A DNA stretch of 64,000 bases from an uncultured delta proteobacterium (GCA_963745025.1 CAVUWD010000016.1:928001-992000), one strand, 5' to 3'. Counted from the first letter of the stretch, positions 1 through 9,172 are shown. Numbers and translations: made by a program. Notes: generated by a model not told the origin, from the sequence alone.

Positions 1-456
1 ACCGCCGAGCAGATCCTGCATGCATCCGACGAAACGCTCCGTGCCGCCGGCCTCTCGCGCCCGAAGCTCCTCTCGCTCCGCGACCTCGCGCGCAAGGCGG
101 TGGGCGGCGAGGTGCCCACGCTCGTCGAGGTCCATCGCATGACGAACGAGGCGATCATCGAGCGTCTCACCGCGGTTCGCGGCATCGGCAGATGGACGGT
201 GGAAATGCTCCTCATCTTCCGCCTCGGTCGTCCCGACGTGCTGCCCACTGACGACTACGGCATCCGCAAAGGCTTCGCGATCGCCTTCAAGAAGCGCGAG
301 CTGCCGGCACGCAAGGACCTCGAGAAGCGTGGTGCGCGATGGAAGCCGTACCGCACGGTGGCGAGCTGGTATTTGTGGCGCGTGGCGGAGCGGTCGAAAG
401 AATCGCTGACTCGCGCGTCGAGCCGAGCTTCGGGTCGCGGCCCGGCGCTCGAGTGA
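1..456 (+). CDS. DNA-3-methyladenine glycosylase II (AlkA/HhH-GPD family), 5'-truncated by window edge
   Basis: Frame open from base 1; LTAVRGIGRWTVEMLLIFRLGRPDVLPTDDYG is the HhH-GPD motif; ends with WKPYRTVASWYLW. Confidence 0.85.
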   Translation, partial: TAEQILHASDETLRAAGLSRPKLLSLRDLARKAVGGEVPTLVEVHRMTNEAIIERLTAVRGIGRWTVEMLLIFRLGRPDVLPTDDYGIRKGFAIAFKKRELPARKDLEKRGARWKPYRTVASWYLWRVAERSKESLTRASSRASGRGPALE

Positions 457-461
457 TCGGA

Positions 462-492
462 CGGCTGAGGCGCTCTGCAGGTGCCTCAGCCG
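462..492 (+). terminator. Stem-loop after the AlkA-like gene (possible terminator, no U-tract)
   Basis: CGGCTGAGGCGC...GTGCCTCAGCCG, 12-bp stem with one G-U pair. Confidence 0.4.
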
Positions 493-520
493 AGCCTCCG
501 TCGCCCGCCGAGATTTGCCG

Positions 521-550
521 TTGACGATCGGTTGGGCCGAGCAGTATACG
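521..550 (+). promoter_or_regulatory. Putative sigma70 promoter for the atypical hybrid kinase
   Basis: TTGACG-18 bp-TATACG, about 30 nt upstream of the TTG at 579. Confidence 0.4.
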
Positions 551-578
551 ACGAATTCCACTTTCGACGACTCGCGCC

Positions 579-1685
579 TTGAGACACCTGAAGGAATCGG
601 TCGTGGACCGACAGCAGCTTTGTGAATTCGCAGATTTGCTTTCCGAGGCAGCGGCATTCGTCTCCAGCACCGGCGTGATCGAGATCGCGAATTGCGCGCT
701 CTCGGCCCGCGTCGGGGGGAAAACTCCCGCCGACTGCGCGGGCCGCAACCTCTCCGAGCTCATGCCGCAAGGGACGAAGCTACAACGGCTGGTCGACGAG
801 TCGATCGAAGCGGGACGGTCGGTTCGCTCGGTCCTGCCCGTCGCGTGCGGTGAAGAGATCGAGCAGCTGCTCGTGATCGCCACGCCATGCCCACCGTCCA
901 TGGGCGAGCCGGAGCCGCTCGTGCTCCTTCGACTTTTCCCACAACCACCGGCCGCCGAGGCGGTCCGTCAGGCGAAGGCGGAGTTTCTCAGCGCGGTCTC
1001 GCACGAGTTGCGCTCGCCGATGAACGCGATCGTCACCTGGGCGCATCTCTTGCGGCAAGGCGGACTCGATGGCGTGGCTGCGAGCCGCGCGTTCGAGGCC
1101 ATCGAGCGCAACGCGCGATTGCAGGCCCGCATGCTCGACGATCTCCGCGAGATGTCCCGCCGTGGGGACCCACCCGTTTCGGCGCAGGGCGGCGGGAGCG
1201 ATCGAGCATTCGCCGACGTCACGCTTCCGACGAGCGCGACGCGCGATGAGGGCTCCGAGGAAGTGCTCGAATCGCCGAGCGACGTCACCGACCTCAGCGG
1301 CATCCGCGTTCTGATCGTCGACGACGACCGCGACACACGCGACTCGATCACCGCGCTCCTCGTCGAGAACCGCGCCGAGGCCTCGAACGCGGGCTCGGTC
1401 CGAGAGGCGCTGCGCAGCTTGGCCGAGCGGCCGCCGCACGTGGTCGTCACGGACCTGCTGATGCCCGATCTCGATGGATTCTCGCTGCTGCGGATGATCC
1501 GCACGATCGAGGAGCTGAACGCGATCCGTATCCCCACGATCGCGCTAACCGCGCTCGCGAGTGAAGAGAGTCAGCGCCGCGGCCTGGATTCCGGATTCGA
1601 CGTCTACCTCATGAAGCCGATCAAGCCGGACGAGCTCCTGTCGATCGTCGCCGCCGCGGCGCACAGTCAGGCGTCGGATCATTAG
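579..1685 (+). CDS. Atypical hybrid sensor: PAS-like + HisKA (DHp) + receiver, HATPase domain missing
   Basis: H-box EFLSAVSHELRSPM; receiver VLIVDDD...VVTDLLMPDLDG...ALTA...YLMKP; only about 45 aa lie between them. Confidence 0.8.
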   Translation: MRHLKESVVDRQQLCEFADLLSEAAAFVSSTGVIEIANCALSARVGGKTPADCAGRNLSELMPQGTKLQRLVDESIEAGRSVRSVLPVACGEEIEQLLVIATPCPPSMGEPEPLVLLRLFPQPPAAEAVRQAKAEFLSAVSHELRSPMNAIVTWAHLLRQGGLDGVAASRAFEAIERNARLQARMLDDLREMSRRGDPPVSAQGGGSDRAFADVTLPTSATRDEGSEEVLESPSDVTDLSGIRVLIVDDDRDTRDSITALLVENRAEASNAGSVREALRSLAERPPHVVVTDLLMPDLDGFSLLRMIRTIEELNAIRIPTIALTALASEESQRRGLDSGFDVYLMKPIKPDELLSIVAAAAHSQASDH

Positions 1686-2026
1686 AACCGCGGCGTCTTC
1701 CGTTGCCGTTTCGCCACCGCCGCGATCGCCAGCCCGCTGACGACCGCAAGGCCGAAGCAGCCACGGGCGAAGCCCGCGAACGTCGCAGCCGTGGCGGCGT
1801 CCGATCGGCGGCCGAGATCCTCGATCGCCCGCGCGGCGCGCACCACCATGCGTACGTGATCCGGCGTGAGCTTTGACGGATCGTTGAGACCGAATTCGAC
1901 CAGCTCGACCGCCGAGTCCGCGCGCAGGCGCTCCGAGAAGTCGCTCGCCACACGGAGGCCGAATGCTCCCATGAGACAAAGCGCGATCGGTGTCACGGCC
2001 AAGAGCAACACGTGCTTCCCTTCCAT
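1682..2026 (-). CDS. Hypothetical membrane protein (two hydrophobic segments)
   Basis: 114-aa ORF, ATG preceded by GAAGGG, hydrophobic N- and C-terminal stretches. Confidence 0.55.
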   Translation of the reverse strand: MEGKHVLLLAVTPIALCLMGAFGLRVASDFSERLRADSAVELVEFGLNDPSKLTPDHVRMVVRAARAIEDLGRRSDAATAATFAGFARGCFGLAVVSGLAIAAVAKRQRKTPRF

Positions 2027-2045
2027 CGCTCGCCCTTCCGAACGT

Positions 2046-2240
2046 TCATTCGGCTCGACCGAGCCGATTCCGTGCCTCGCCCCGCCTCACCTTCCCCGCC
2101 GCCGTCATCGGCAACGCCTCCACGAACCGGATTCGCCCCGGCTTGTTGAAGCGGGGCAGGCTCGTGGCGACGTGCTCGACAATGGACTCGGGAGCGACCG
2201 GTCGACGGATCACCACCCCAGCCGCCACCGTTCCCCCAGC
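2046..2240 (-). pseudogene. Isolated AMP-binding enzyme C-terminal domain remnant
   Basis: LPRFNKPGRIRFVEALPMTAAGKVRR matches the A10 LPxTxxGK motif of ANL enzymes; no N-terminal domain upstream; 5' boundary approximate. Confidence 0.5.
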
Positions 2241-2314
2241 GCCGAGCGTCCGCGGCTGCGCGTCTTCGGCCGCCGCTTCCACGGTTGCCTTGTACGGAAA
2301 CGCCGGGGAGCCGG

Positions 2315-2731
2315 TCAAATCGGCCGTCTGCGTGGGAGCCGTGGGAGGGACGACTCGACGCCGAAGCGTCGATCGCCGGCGATGATATGCTCGACGATCG
2401 CAGCGGCGGCGGTCGCGAATCCTCCCTTCGCGTGCGGCACGTACAGCCATTTTCGCAACACCGGATGGACGCGTAGAGTCGGAAAGTCGGCGAGCAACGA
2501 CCGATGCAGCGACTTCTCGGTGGGAACGAGCAGCCCCTGCCAGGGTTCCTTCCGGTCGGCCAGCACGAGCACCAGCCGCCCGTTCAGATAGCAGCCGACG
2601 CAGCCGAACATCGCCCGCGACACGAACGACGCCTCGCCCGTCAGCGGATCGACGAGACCCCGGAAGCGATGACGGGAGAGCGCATCGCCGGCTTCCCGCT
2701 TTGGCCGTCTGCTTCCCGAAAGATCCCGCAT
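2315..2731 (-). CDS. Hypothetical protein with TfoX N-terminal-like motif
   Basis: RAMFGCVGCYLNGRLVLVL resembles the MFGGxxxY motif of TfoX_N proteins. Confidence 0.5.
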   Translation of the reverse strand: MRDLSGSRRPKREAGDALSRHRFRGLVDPLTGEASFVSRAMFGCVGCYLNGRLVLVLADRKEPWQGLLVPTEKSLHRSLLADFPTLRVHPVLRKWLYVPHAKGGFATAAAAIVEHIIAGDRRFGVESSLPRLPRRRPI

Positions 2732-2857
2732 CCCGTCCAGAGGCCTTACTCGTTCTAACGTCGAGGCCGAAGACGCGTGGCGAGTAAAGCGGATGAGCCG
2801 CGGCGCGCGACGCTGGATCGAGACGGCGCGACCGCTGTCCGCTCCATCCGCACTGTC

Positions 2858-4669
2858 TTACCGATACATCTCCTCGATGAGACTCGCGTACTTCTGGCTC
2901 ACGAACTTGCGCTTCACCTTGAGCGAGGGCGTGAGCTCACCCGTCTCCTGGCTGAAATCGTGGGGAACGATGCGGTAGTACTTGATGCTCTCGTAGGACG
3001 CCAGGTGCCGATTCACGGCACGGATCTCGAGCTCGGCCAGCTCCACGATCTTCGGATGCTTGGCGAGCTCCGCCGCGTCGCTCATCTCGATCCCTTGCGC
3101 CTTGGACCAGCGGCGGATCTCGTCGCCATCGAGGGTGATGAGCGCGACGCAGTACTTGCGGTTGTCGCCGATCAGCACGGCCTGGCTGATGTGCGGCTGC
3201 GTCTTCAATAGATTTTCGACGTTCTGCGGCGCGACGTACTTGCCGCCCGACGTCTTGATCAAATCTTTCTTGCGATCCGTGATCTTGAGAAAGCCGTCGC
3301 GATCGATTTGGCCGATGTCGCCGGTGTGGAACCAGCCTTCGCCGTCCCACGCCTCGGCGGTCGCGTCAGGACGTTTGAAGTACCCCGTGGCGATGTTCGG
3401 CCCCTTGGCGAGGATCTCTCCGTCCTCGGCGATCTTCAGGGTGACGCCGTGCACCGCCTTGCCGACCGTCCCGAAGCGGTAGGCGTCGGGACGATTCGCC
3501 GTCAGGATCGGCGTGGTTTCGGTAAGACCATAGCCCTCGAGGATCAGAACGCCCGCCGCGTGAAAGAACTCCTGAATCTCGCGAGCCAATGGCGCGCCGC
3601 CCGACAGCATGAATTTGATGCGGCCGCCGAGCGATTGCTGGATCTTGGAGAAGACCAGCGCATCGGCCAGTTGCGACTTCAGGGAGAGCCAGAAGGAGAC
3701 GGGCCGTTTCTGCTGCAGACACTGGCTCCTCTCGCGGCCGACCGAGATCGCCCAGTCGAAGATCCGCTGTTGCAGCCAACCCGCACTGTCGCGGGTGGAC
3801 TGGATGCGCGAGTAGATCTTCTCGAAGATCCGCGGCACGGACGGCACGAAATGGGGTCGAGTCTCGCGGATGTCGTTCGGGATCGTTTCGATGGACTGCG
3901 CGAATGCCGTCACCGTGCCGAGGAGCGTACCGAGATATTCGCCTGCCCGCGCGAACGAATGCGCCAGAGGCAAGAAGAAGAAATCCACGTCGCCGGCCTC
4001 GGCGATCTTCAGCCGCCTCATCGCATCGAGGGTCGCGAGATGGTTCCCGTGAGTTTGGATGACGCCTTTTGGGGGCCCCGTGGTTCCCGACGTGTAGACG
4101 ATCGTCGCCAGGTCCTCCGGCCCGGTTCGCGCGATGCGCGCATCGATCTCGGCGCGGGCTCCCGGGAGCGTGCTCCGACCGCACTCGCGCAGCGCTCGCA
4201 GAGTCGTCACGCCTCCGCCGGGCGGTTCCCCATCGATCAAGAAGATCCGCCGCAGCTGCACGCGCTGCTCGCGTCCGTCGAGCTCGAAGCCGCGGGCGAC
4301 CACTTCCTGGACCTTCGCGAGCTGCTCGGCGTTCTCCACGAAGCAGAACGTCGATTCGGAATTCCACAGGATGTAGCCGCACTCTGCAGCCAGACTCGAC
4401 GGGTAGACGGGGATCGTGATCGCGCCCGCAGCGAGGATCGCGAAGTCGACCTCGATCCACTCGGGCCGAGTTCCGGAGAGCAGCGCTACCTTGGTACCCG
4501 GGGCAACGCCCTGCGTGACGAGCCCGGCGGCGATCTCCAGGACGACGCGTGCGTGCTCGTCCCACGAGACCTCCACCCAACGGCCGTCGCGCTTGACCGT
4601 GTAGCGCGACTTGCCGGCGAACTCGGCGGCCCGGCGAAAGAACATGTCCGCCAGGTTGCGGTACTCCAC
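2858..4669 (-). CDS. Long-chain fatty acid--CoA ligase
   Basis: YTSGTTGPPKG, EGYGLTET, WFHTGDIG and ITDRKKDLIKTSGGKYVAP motifs. Confidence 0.92.
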   Translation of the reverse strand: MEYRNLADMFFRRAAEFAGKSRYTVKRDGRWVEVSWDEHARVVLEIAAGLVTQGVAPGTKVALLSGTRPEWIEVDFAILAAGAITIPVYPSSLAAECGYILWNSESTFCFVENAEQLAKVQEVVARGFELDGREQRVQLRRIFLIDGEPPGGGVTTLRALRECGRSTLPGARAEIDARIARTGPEDLATIVYTSGTTGPPKGVIQTHGNHLATLDAMRRLKIAEAGDVDFFFLPLAHSFARAGEYLGTLLGTVTAFAQSIETIPNDIRETRPHFVPSVPRIFEKIYSRIQSTRDSAGWLQQRIFDWAISVGRERSQCLQQKRPVSFWLSLKSQLADALVFSKIQQSLGGRIKFMLSGGAPLAREIQEFFHAAGVLILEGYGLTETTPILTANRPDAYRFGTVGKAVHGVTLKIAEDGEILAKGPNIATGYFKRPDATAEAWDGEGWFHTGDIGQIDRDGFLKITDRKKDLIKTSGGKYVAPQNVENLLKTQPHISQAVLIGDNRKYCVALITLDGDEIRRWSKAQGIEMSDAAELAKHPKIVELAELEIRAVNRHLASYESIKYYRIVPHDFSQETGELTPSLKVKRKFVSQKYASLIEEMYR

Positions 4670-4679
4670 GGGCGCCTCC

Positions 4680-5162
4680 TCACTCAGCCTTTTCGCCCTT
4701 TTCGTGAATCGTGATCAGGTCGACGATCTGGTAACGCCGCTTCCCCTTCGGGGTGTGTACCTCGATCTCGTCACCCACCGAGCGGTTGAGCAGCGCGCGG
4801 CCGAGCGGTGATCCGAGCGAGATCCTGCCCTGCGCCACTTCCGCCTCTTCGGGAAACACGAGGTGGTAGACGAGCTCCTCTTCCTCTTCGAGATCCTCGA
4901 CGGTGACGCGGCTGCCGTACGCCGCCACTCCCTGCGGGATCGAGGCGATGGTGTACATCGACAGCTCGCGGATGCGCCCGCCGATCTGGCTGATGCGCAT
5001 TTGCACCAGCTCCTGGCGCGCCTTGGCGGCCTCGTACTCGGCGTTCTCCGAGAGGTCGCCGTGCGCGCGCGCCTCTTCGAGCTCTTTGGGGAGCTTGTGG
5101 CTGAGCTCGTGCTGCAGCTCGGCTAGTTCCTTCTTCAGGCGATGAAAGATCGGTAGGTCCAC
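4680..5162 (-). CDS. greA: Transcription elongation factor GreA
   Basis: ARAHGDLSENAEYEAAK and ISLGSPLGRALL signatures. Confidence 0.9.
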   Translation of the reverse strand: MDLPIFHRLKKELAELQHELSHKLPKELEEARAHGDLSENAEYEAAKARQELVQMRISQIGGRIRELSMYTIASIPQGVAAYGSRVTVEDLEEEEELVYHLVFPEEAEVAQGRISLGSPLGRALLNRSVGDEIEVHTPKGKRRYQIVDLITIHEKGEKAE

Positions 5163-5168
5163 GACGGG

Positions 5169-5642
5169 TTACGATCCCTCCTTGCGACGCAGAAATTCTC
5201 GCACTGCCTCGCTGGCAATCCTGCCGTCTAGGCGGGCGCCGAACTCCGCCTTGAGCTTTGCCATCAGCGGCCCCATGGAAGTCGCGCCACCTTGGTGGTG
5301 CTTGGCGATCGCCTGCTCGAGCTCCGCGGCCAAGAGCGCCCGCGGCAAGAAGGTCTCGAGAAAGCTCTTCTCGGAGCGGTTCTTGTCGACGAGATCGGCT
5401 CGGCCCGCTTGCTCGGCGAACGTGATCGCCTCCTCGCGCTGCTTGATCTCGCGCCGTACGAGCTGCGCGATGTCGGCCTCGCCGAGCTCGTCGGCGCCAC
5501 CGCCCCCCGCTCCGCGGCGTTCGATCCTCAGGTTCTTGATCGCAGCGATCAGGCCGCGCAGCACCATGACCTCGTCCATGGCGCGGGCGCGCATCGCTTG
5601 CTTCAGCCGCTCCTGGATCGCGCTTTCATCGAGCACACTCAT
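5169..5642 (-). CDS. GatB/YqeY domain protein
   Basis: LKQAMRAR...REIKQREEAI..F..AGRADL...FLP pattern; ATGA overlap with the upstream gene. Confidence 0.85.
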   Translation of the reverse strand: MSVLDESAIQERLKQAMRARAMDEVMVLRGLIAAIKNLRIERRGAGGGGADELGEADIAQLVRREIKQREEAITFAEQAGRADLVDKNRSEKSFLETFLPRALLAAELEQAIAKHHQGGATSMGPLMAKLKAEFGARLDGRIASEAVREFLRRKEGS

Positions 5643-6151
5643 TTGGCAGCTGCTTGCTCGTAGCTCCCCGCCCACCGGTAGCGCGTCTCACCGCGACGGG
5701 ACACCTCTCCCTCGATGGTCCCTTTCCCTCGTAAATTCTGCAAGCCGCCGGTGCCACCGATCCACTCGAACGTGCCTTCGAACGGCACGAGGTCCTTCCC
5801 CGCCGGATAGGGCGGGATCGTGTAGCCGAAGATCAGGAAGAGCTTCTCTCCAGACTTCGCTTCCCACACGGCGTACCCGCGCACGACACCCGATCCGTTC
5901 ACCAGATCCGACTGCCGCAGAACTTTCACTTTGGCGCCGTCGAAGGAAACTCCGGCGATCTTGTCGGGTGTCTTCAGCTCGCCGTCGCCGCTAGTTTGCG
6001 CGAGCTCGTGACCCGCGAGGTCGCCGACGTCGAGTTTCGCCTCAGTCAGTGCCTGAAGCGCAGTGCCCGAGCCGGCGGCGGCACCCTTCTCCGCCGCCGT
6101 CGCCGCTCCACATCCGAGCAACACGATTCCTACGATTACGACTAACCTCAT
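5639..6151 (-). CDS. Hypothetical exported protein, probably beta-rich
   Basis: Signal peptide-like N-terminus; GTFEWIGGTGGLQNLRGKGT motif. Confidence 0.65.
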   Translation of the reverse strand: MRLVVIVGIVLLGCGAATAAEKGAAAGSGTALQALTEAKLDVGDLAGHELAQTSGDGELKTPDKIAGVSFDGAKVKVLRQSDLVNGSGVVRGYAVWEAKSGEKLFLIFGYTIPPYPAGKDLVPFEGTFEWIGGTGGLQNLRGKGTIEGEVSRRGETRYRWAGSYEQAAAK

Positions 6152-6295
6152 CTTTCGGGTCCCTTTCCGGTCTGAGGTGGAACGGCAGCGGTGGCCGAGA
6201 CGTGCCGGCCGGCGGTAGATAGCGCGTTCGCCGGGGGGGATTCAACCCGCAAAACACAGGAGACTGGAGGCTCGGCTCGTGAAACTGGGAGGGTC

Positions 6296-6460
6296 TTAGT
6301 GGGCCGCTTGTTCGGCCGGCCCCTTGTGGATATCTCCGCGGTATTCCGAACCGACGGTCTTGAGCTTTCCGGATGCCCAGCCCTCCCAAGCGGGGAACTC
6401 GTAGAGATAAAAGTACATCAACCCCGCCCCGACCAGCGCCCCGATCACGAATCTTCGCAT
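6296..6460 (-). CDS. Small single-pass membrane protein (54 aa)
   Basis: GAGAGGG RBS before ATG 6460; MRRFVIGALVGAGLMYFYLY. Confidence 0.55.
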   Translation of the reverse strand: MRRFVIGALVGAGLMYFYLYEFPAWEGWASGKLKTVGSEYRGDIHKGPAEQAAH

Positions 6461-6589
6461 CAGCCCTCTCGATTCTCGAAAATTGGTTGCGCCCGCCCTC
6501 ACTCGCCAATAGGCTCTCGGAGCATGGTCGCCGCAAGGCCGGGTCGTATCGACCGTCTACAGCATACCATACGACTCGCGCTGCGGGCG

Positions 6590-7300
6590 ATGGCCCACAG
6601 ACTGCTCGACCAGCTCTTTCCGTGGGCGTGCGTCGGCTGTGAGCGAGCCGCCAATTTCGCTCTCTGCGATCGCTGCTTGGCGGGCATTCGATGGATCACC
6701 GAGCCGCTCTGCCCCCGCTGCGGCCTGCCGCTCGCCAGCCCGCCGAGCCACCTTTGCGGGCGTTGCCTTGCTCGGCCCCCGGCGTTTTCCCGGCTTCGGG
6801 CCATCGCCTGCTACCGCCCGAGCGAAGAGCGGGACCCTCTCGGAATCGCCCTGCGCGCGCTCAAATACGCGGGCCGGCGTGCGCTCGGCCAGCCGCTCTC
6901 GACGTTGCTCGCCGACCGCTTTCCGTTCGATCCCTCCGGCTATGATCTGATCGCCCCCGTGCCGCTCCATCTCGAGCGACTCCGCAGCCGCGGCTTCAAT
7001 CAGGCTCTCCTTCTCGCCCGCGAGCCGGGACGGCGGTTCGGGTTATCGGTCGATCCCGGTCTCATCGTGCGGGTACGCAGCACTCCTCCCCAGGTCGGCC
7101 TCGACGAAGCCGGACGCCGGCGGAACGTCCGTCGAGCCTTCGCGCTGCGAGCGGGACGAACGGTCGGCGGCTGCCGCATCCTGCTCGTCGACGACGTGTG
7201 CACGTCCACGGCAACCGCCGAAGCGTGCGCGAACCTTCTCGTCGACGAGGGCGCCGCCTCCGTCGACGTGCTCGTCGTGGCTCGCGCGCTCTTGCACTGA
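6590..7300 (+). CDS. comF: ComF family protein (double zinc ribbon + phosphoribosyltransferase domain)
   Basis: Four CxxC pairs, VPLH..RLRSRGFNQA and ILLVDDVCTS; start may be 6524. Confidence 0.88.
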   Translation: MAHRLLDQLFPWACVGCERAANFALCDRCLAGIRWITEPLCPRCGLPLASPPSHLCGRCLARPPAFSRLRAIACYRPSEERDPLGIALRALKYAGRRALGQPLSTLLADRFPFDPSGYDLIAPVPLHLERLRSRGFNQALLLAREPGRRFGLSVDPGLIVRVRSTPPQVGLDEAGRRRNVRRAFALRAGRTVGGCRILLVDDVCTSTATAEACANLLVDEGAASVDVLVVARALLH

Positions 7301-7301
7301 G

Positions 7302-7865
7302 ATGTCGAGCGAGGACAAAGCCCGCTGGCACGAAGCCTACGCCACGCTGCCTGCGCCCGAGGAGTCCGTGCCCGCACGGTTCCTGGCCGAGAATATCTCT
7401 CTGCTCGCCCCCGGCCGAACGCTCGACCTCGCCGCGGGAACCGGACGCAATGCGGTCTTCCTCGCCGCACACGGACACCGGGTGCTCGCCGTGGACGTCG
7501 CGCGAACCGCGCTCGAGGCGATCCGCCGCCGCTGCGCGATCGACGTTGCGCAGGTCGATCTCGATCAGCCGTGCTTTCGCCCCCGCTCGGTCGACAACCT
7601 GGTCTCGATCAATTTTCTCGACCGGCGCTTGTTTCCCGAGATGCTCGGCTGGCTGAAGCCGGGAGGTGTATTGCTCTTCGACACGTTCCTGATCGATCAG
7701 CGCGAGCGTGGCCACCCACGAAATCCCGCGTTTCTCCTCGCGCACAACGAGCTTCTGGAGCGAATCCGTGGCCTCCGGATCCTGCACTACCGGGAGGGGC
7801 CGGTCAGCGACCCCTCCGGCACGTCGTATCGCGCGGGAGCCGTTGCCGTGCGCGTACAAAATTGA
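7302..7865 (+). CDS. Class I SAM-dependent methyltransferase (TehB-like)
   Basis: TLDLAAGTGRNAVFLA motif I and LKPGGVL. Confidence 0.85.
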   Translation: MSSEDKARWHEAYATLPAPEESVPARFLAENISLLAPGRTLDLAAGTGRNAVFLAAHGHRVLAVDVARTALEAIRRRCAIDVAQVDLDQPCFRPRSVDNLVSINFLDRRLFPEMLGWLKPGGVLLFDTFLIDQRERGHPRNPAFLLAHNELLERIRGLRILHYREGPVSDPSGTSYRAGAVAVRVQN

Positions 7866-7897
7866 CTTCGTTCATGCCGCCTGCGTAAACAAGCGCC

Positions 7898-8947
7898 GTG
7901 CCGAGATCGAGAGCGGGAGCGACCACCGTCACCTACCGCGAGGCGGGTGTCGACATCGAGGCCGGTGACCGGTTCGTCGATCGCGTCATCCGTCTCGCAC
8001 GGCGCACGCGCCGGCGCGAGGTGCTGACCGGGATCGGTGGATTCGGCGCGGCCTTTCGCGCGCCGTCCAGGATGCGCTCTCCAGTCTTCGTCACCTCTAC
8101 GGACGGCGTCGGTACCAAGCTCCGCATCGCCTTCGACCTCGACCGGCACGATACGGTTGGAATCGATCTCGTCGCCATGAACGTCAACGACGTCCTCGCG
8201 CTCGGCGCCGAGCCGCTGGTGTTTCTCGACTACTTCGCCACCGGCCGGCTCGACATTCGCCGGGCCACTCAGGTGATCGCCGGCATCGCCGCCGGCTGCC
8301 GCCAGGCGCGGTGCGCTCTCGTGGGCGGCGAGACCGCGGAGATGCCCTCGTTCTACCCTCCCGGCGAATACGACCTCGCGGGGTTCGTCGTCGCTGCCGT
8401 CGAGCGCTCGCGGCTGATCGACGGCAGCCGGGTTCGTCCCGGCCACGTGTTGATCGGCCTCGCCTCTTCAGGCCTGCACAGCAACGGCTATTCACTGGCG
8501 CGACGGATCGTTGAGCGCCGGCGAATCCCGCTCTCGCGACGGATCGCCGAATTCGGCTGCACGCTCGGCGAAGAGCTGCTACGGCCGACGCGCATCTACG
8601 TTCGACCGCTTCTCGATCTGCTCTCCACCCACCGGGTCGATGCGCTCGCTCACATCACGGGCGGCGGGATCCCCGGAAATCTTCCGCGTGTCCTTCCGGC
8701 CCGCTGCCGGGCGAGAATCCGCCGCGCGTCCTGGACGGTGCCGCCGGTGTTCGAATGGCTACGGCGCATGGGACCCGTGGATTCGGCGGAAGTCGATCGC
8801 ACGCTCAATCAGGGTCTCGGCATGATCATCGCCACGCCCGCGACGGCCGTGGACGGGGTCCTATCGTTTCTCCGTCGCCGCCGCGAGCGCGCCTTCGTGA
8901 TCGGGGAGGTCGTGCGCGGCCGATCGGGAGTCGAGTTCGTCGATTAG
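7898..8947 (+). CDS. purM: Phosphoribosylformylglycinamidine cyclo-ligase
   Basis: YREAGVDI, STDGVGTKL, GGETAEMP, SSGLHSNGYS and HITGGG motifs. Confidence 0.96.
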   Translation: MPRSRAGATTVTYREAGVDIEAGDRFVDRVIRLARRTRRREVLTGIGGFGAAFRAPSRMRSPVFVTSTDGVGTKLRIAFDLDRHDTVGIDLVAMNVNDVLALGAEPLVFLDYFATGRLDIRRATQVIAGIAAGCRQARCALVGGETAEMPSFYPPGEYDLAGFVVAAVERSRLIDGSRVRPGHVLIGLASSGLHSNGYSLARRIVERRRIPLSRRIAEFGCTLGEELLRPTRIYVRPLLDLLSTHRVDALAHITGGGIPGNLPRVLPARCRARIRRASWTVPPVFEWLRRMGPVDSAEVDRTLNQGLGMIIATPATAVDGVLSFLRRRRERAFVIGEVVRGRSGVEFVD

Positions 8948-8949
8948 CC

Positions 8950-9130
8950 CCGAAGCAAAATTATCCGGCGGGGCGAAACGCGGCGGGCTCGCGCCTGGCG
9001 CAGGCCGCGTCACGAGCGCCAGGTCTATCCCGATGCCGTCTTTTGGGGCATGGAAAGCTTCGAGAAAGAAGCTCGTGGCGGACGAGCCAGGCGCGAGCTC
9101 GCCGCGTTCAGGTCACGGAAACAATTTCGG
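8950..9130 (+). ncRNA. Long imperfect hairpin between purM and purN (structured RNA element or MITE, unassigned)
   Basis: 8977-8999 pairs with 9086-9108 (23 bp, one G-U); 9008-9017 pairs with 9071-9080 (10 bp, one U-G); small apical ATGCC/GGCAT stem. Confidence 0.45.
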
Positions 9131-9172
9131 ACCAAGTTTAGACCGTTCGGAGCGGATGTGTAGGGGGTAACC

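Noticed and set aside
7898-8947. Visibly arginine-rich PurM as a special adaptation
   Set aside because: Not quantified; high GC favours Arg codons, and other proteins here (ComF, MutM) show a similar bias.
8950-9130. 6S RNA or SRP RNA identity for the purM-purN hairpin
   Set aside because: No SRP domain IV consensus; the internal bubble is not central and the context is not a usual 6S locus. Left unassigned.
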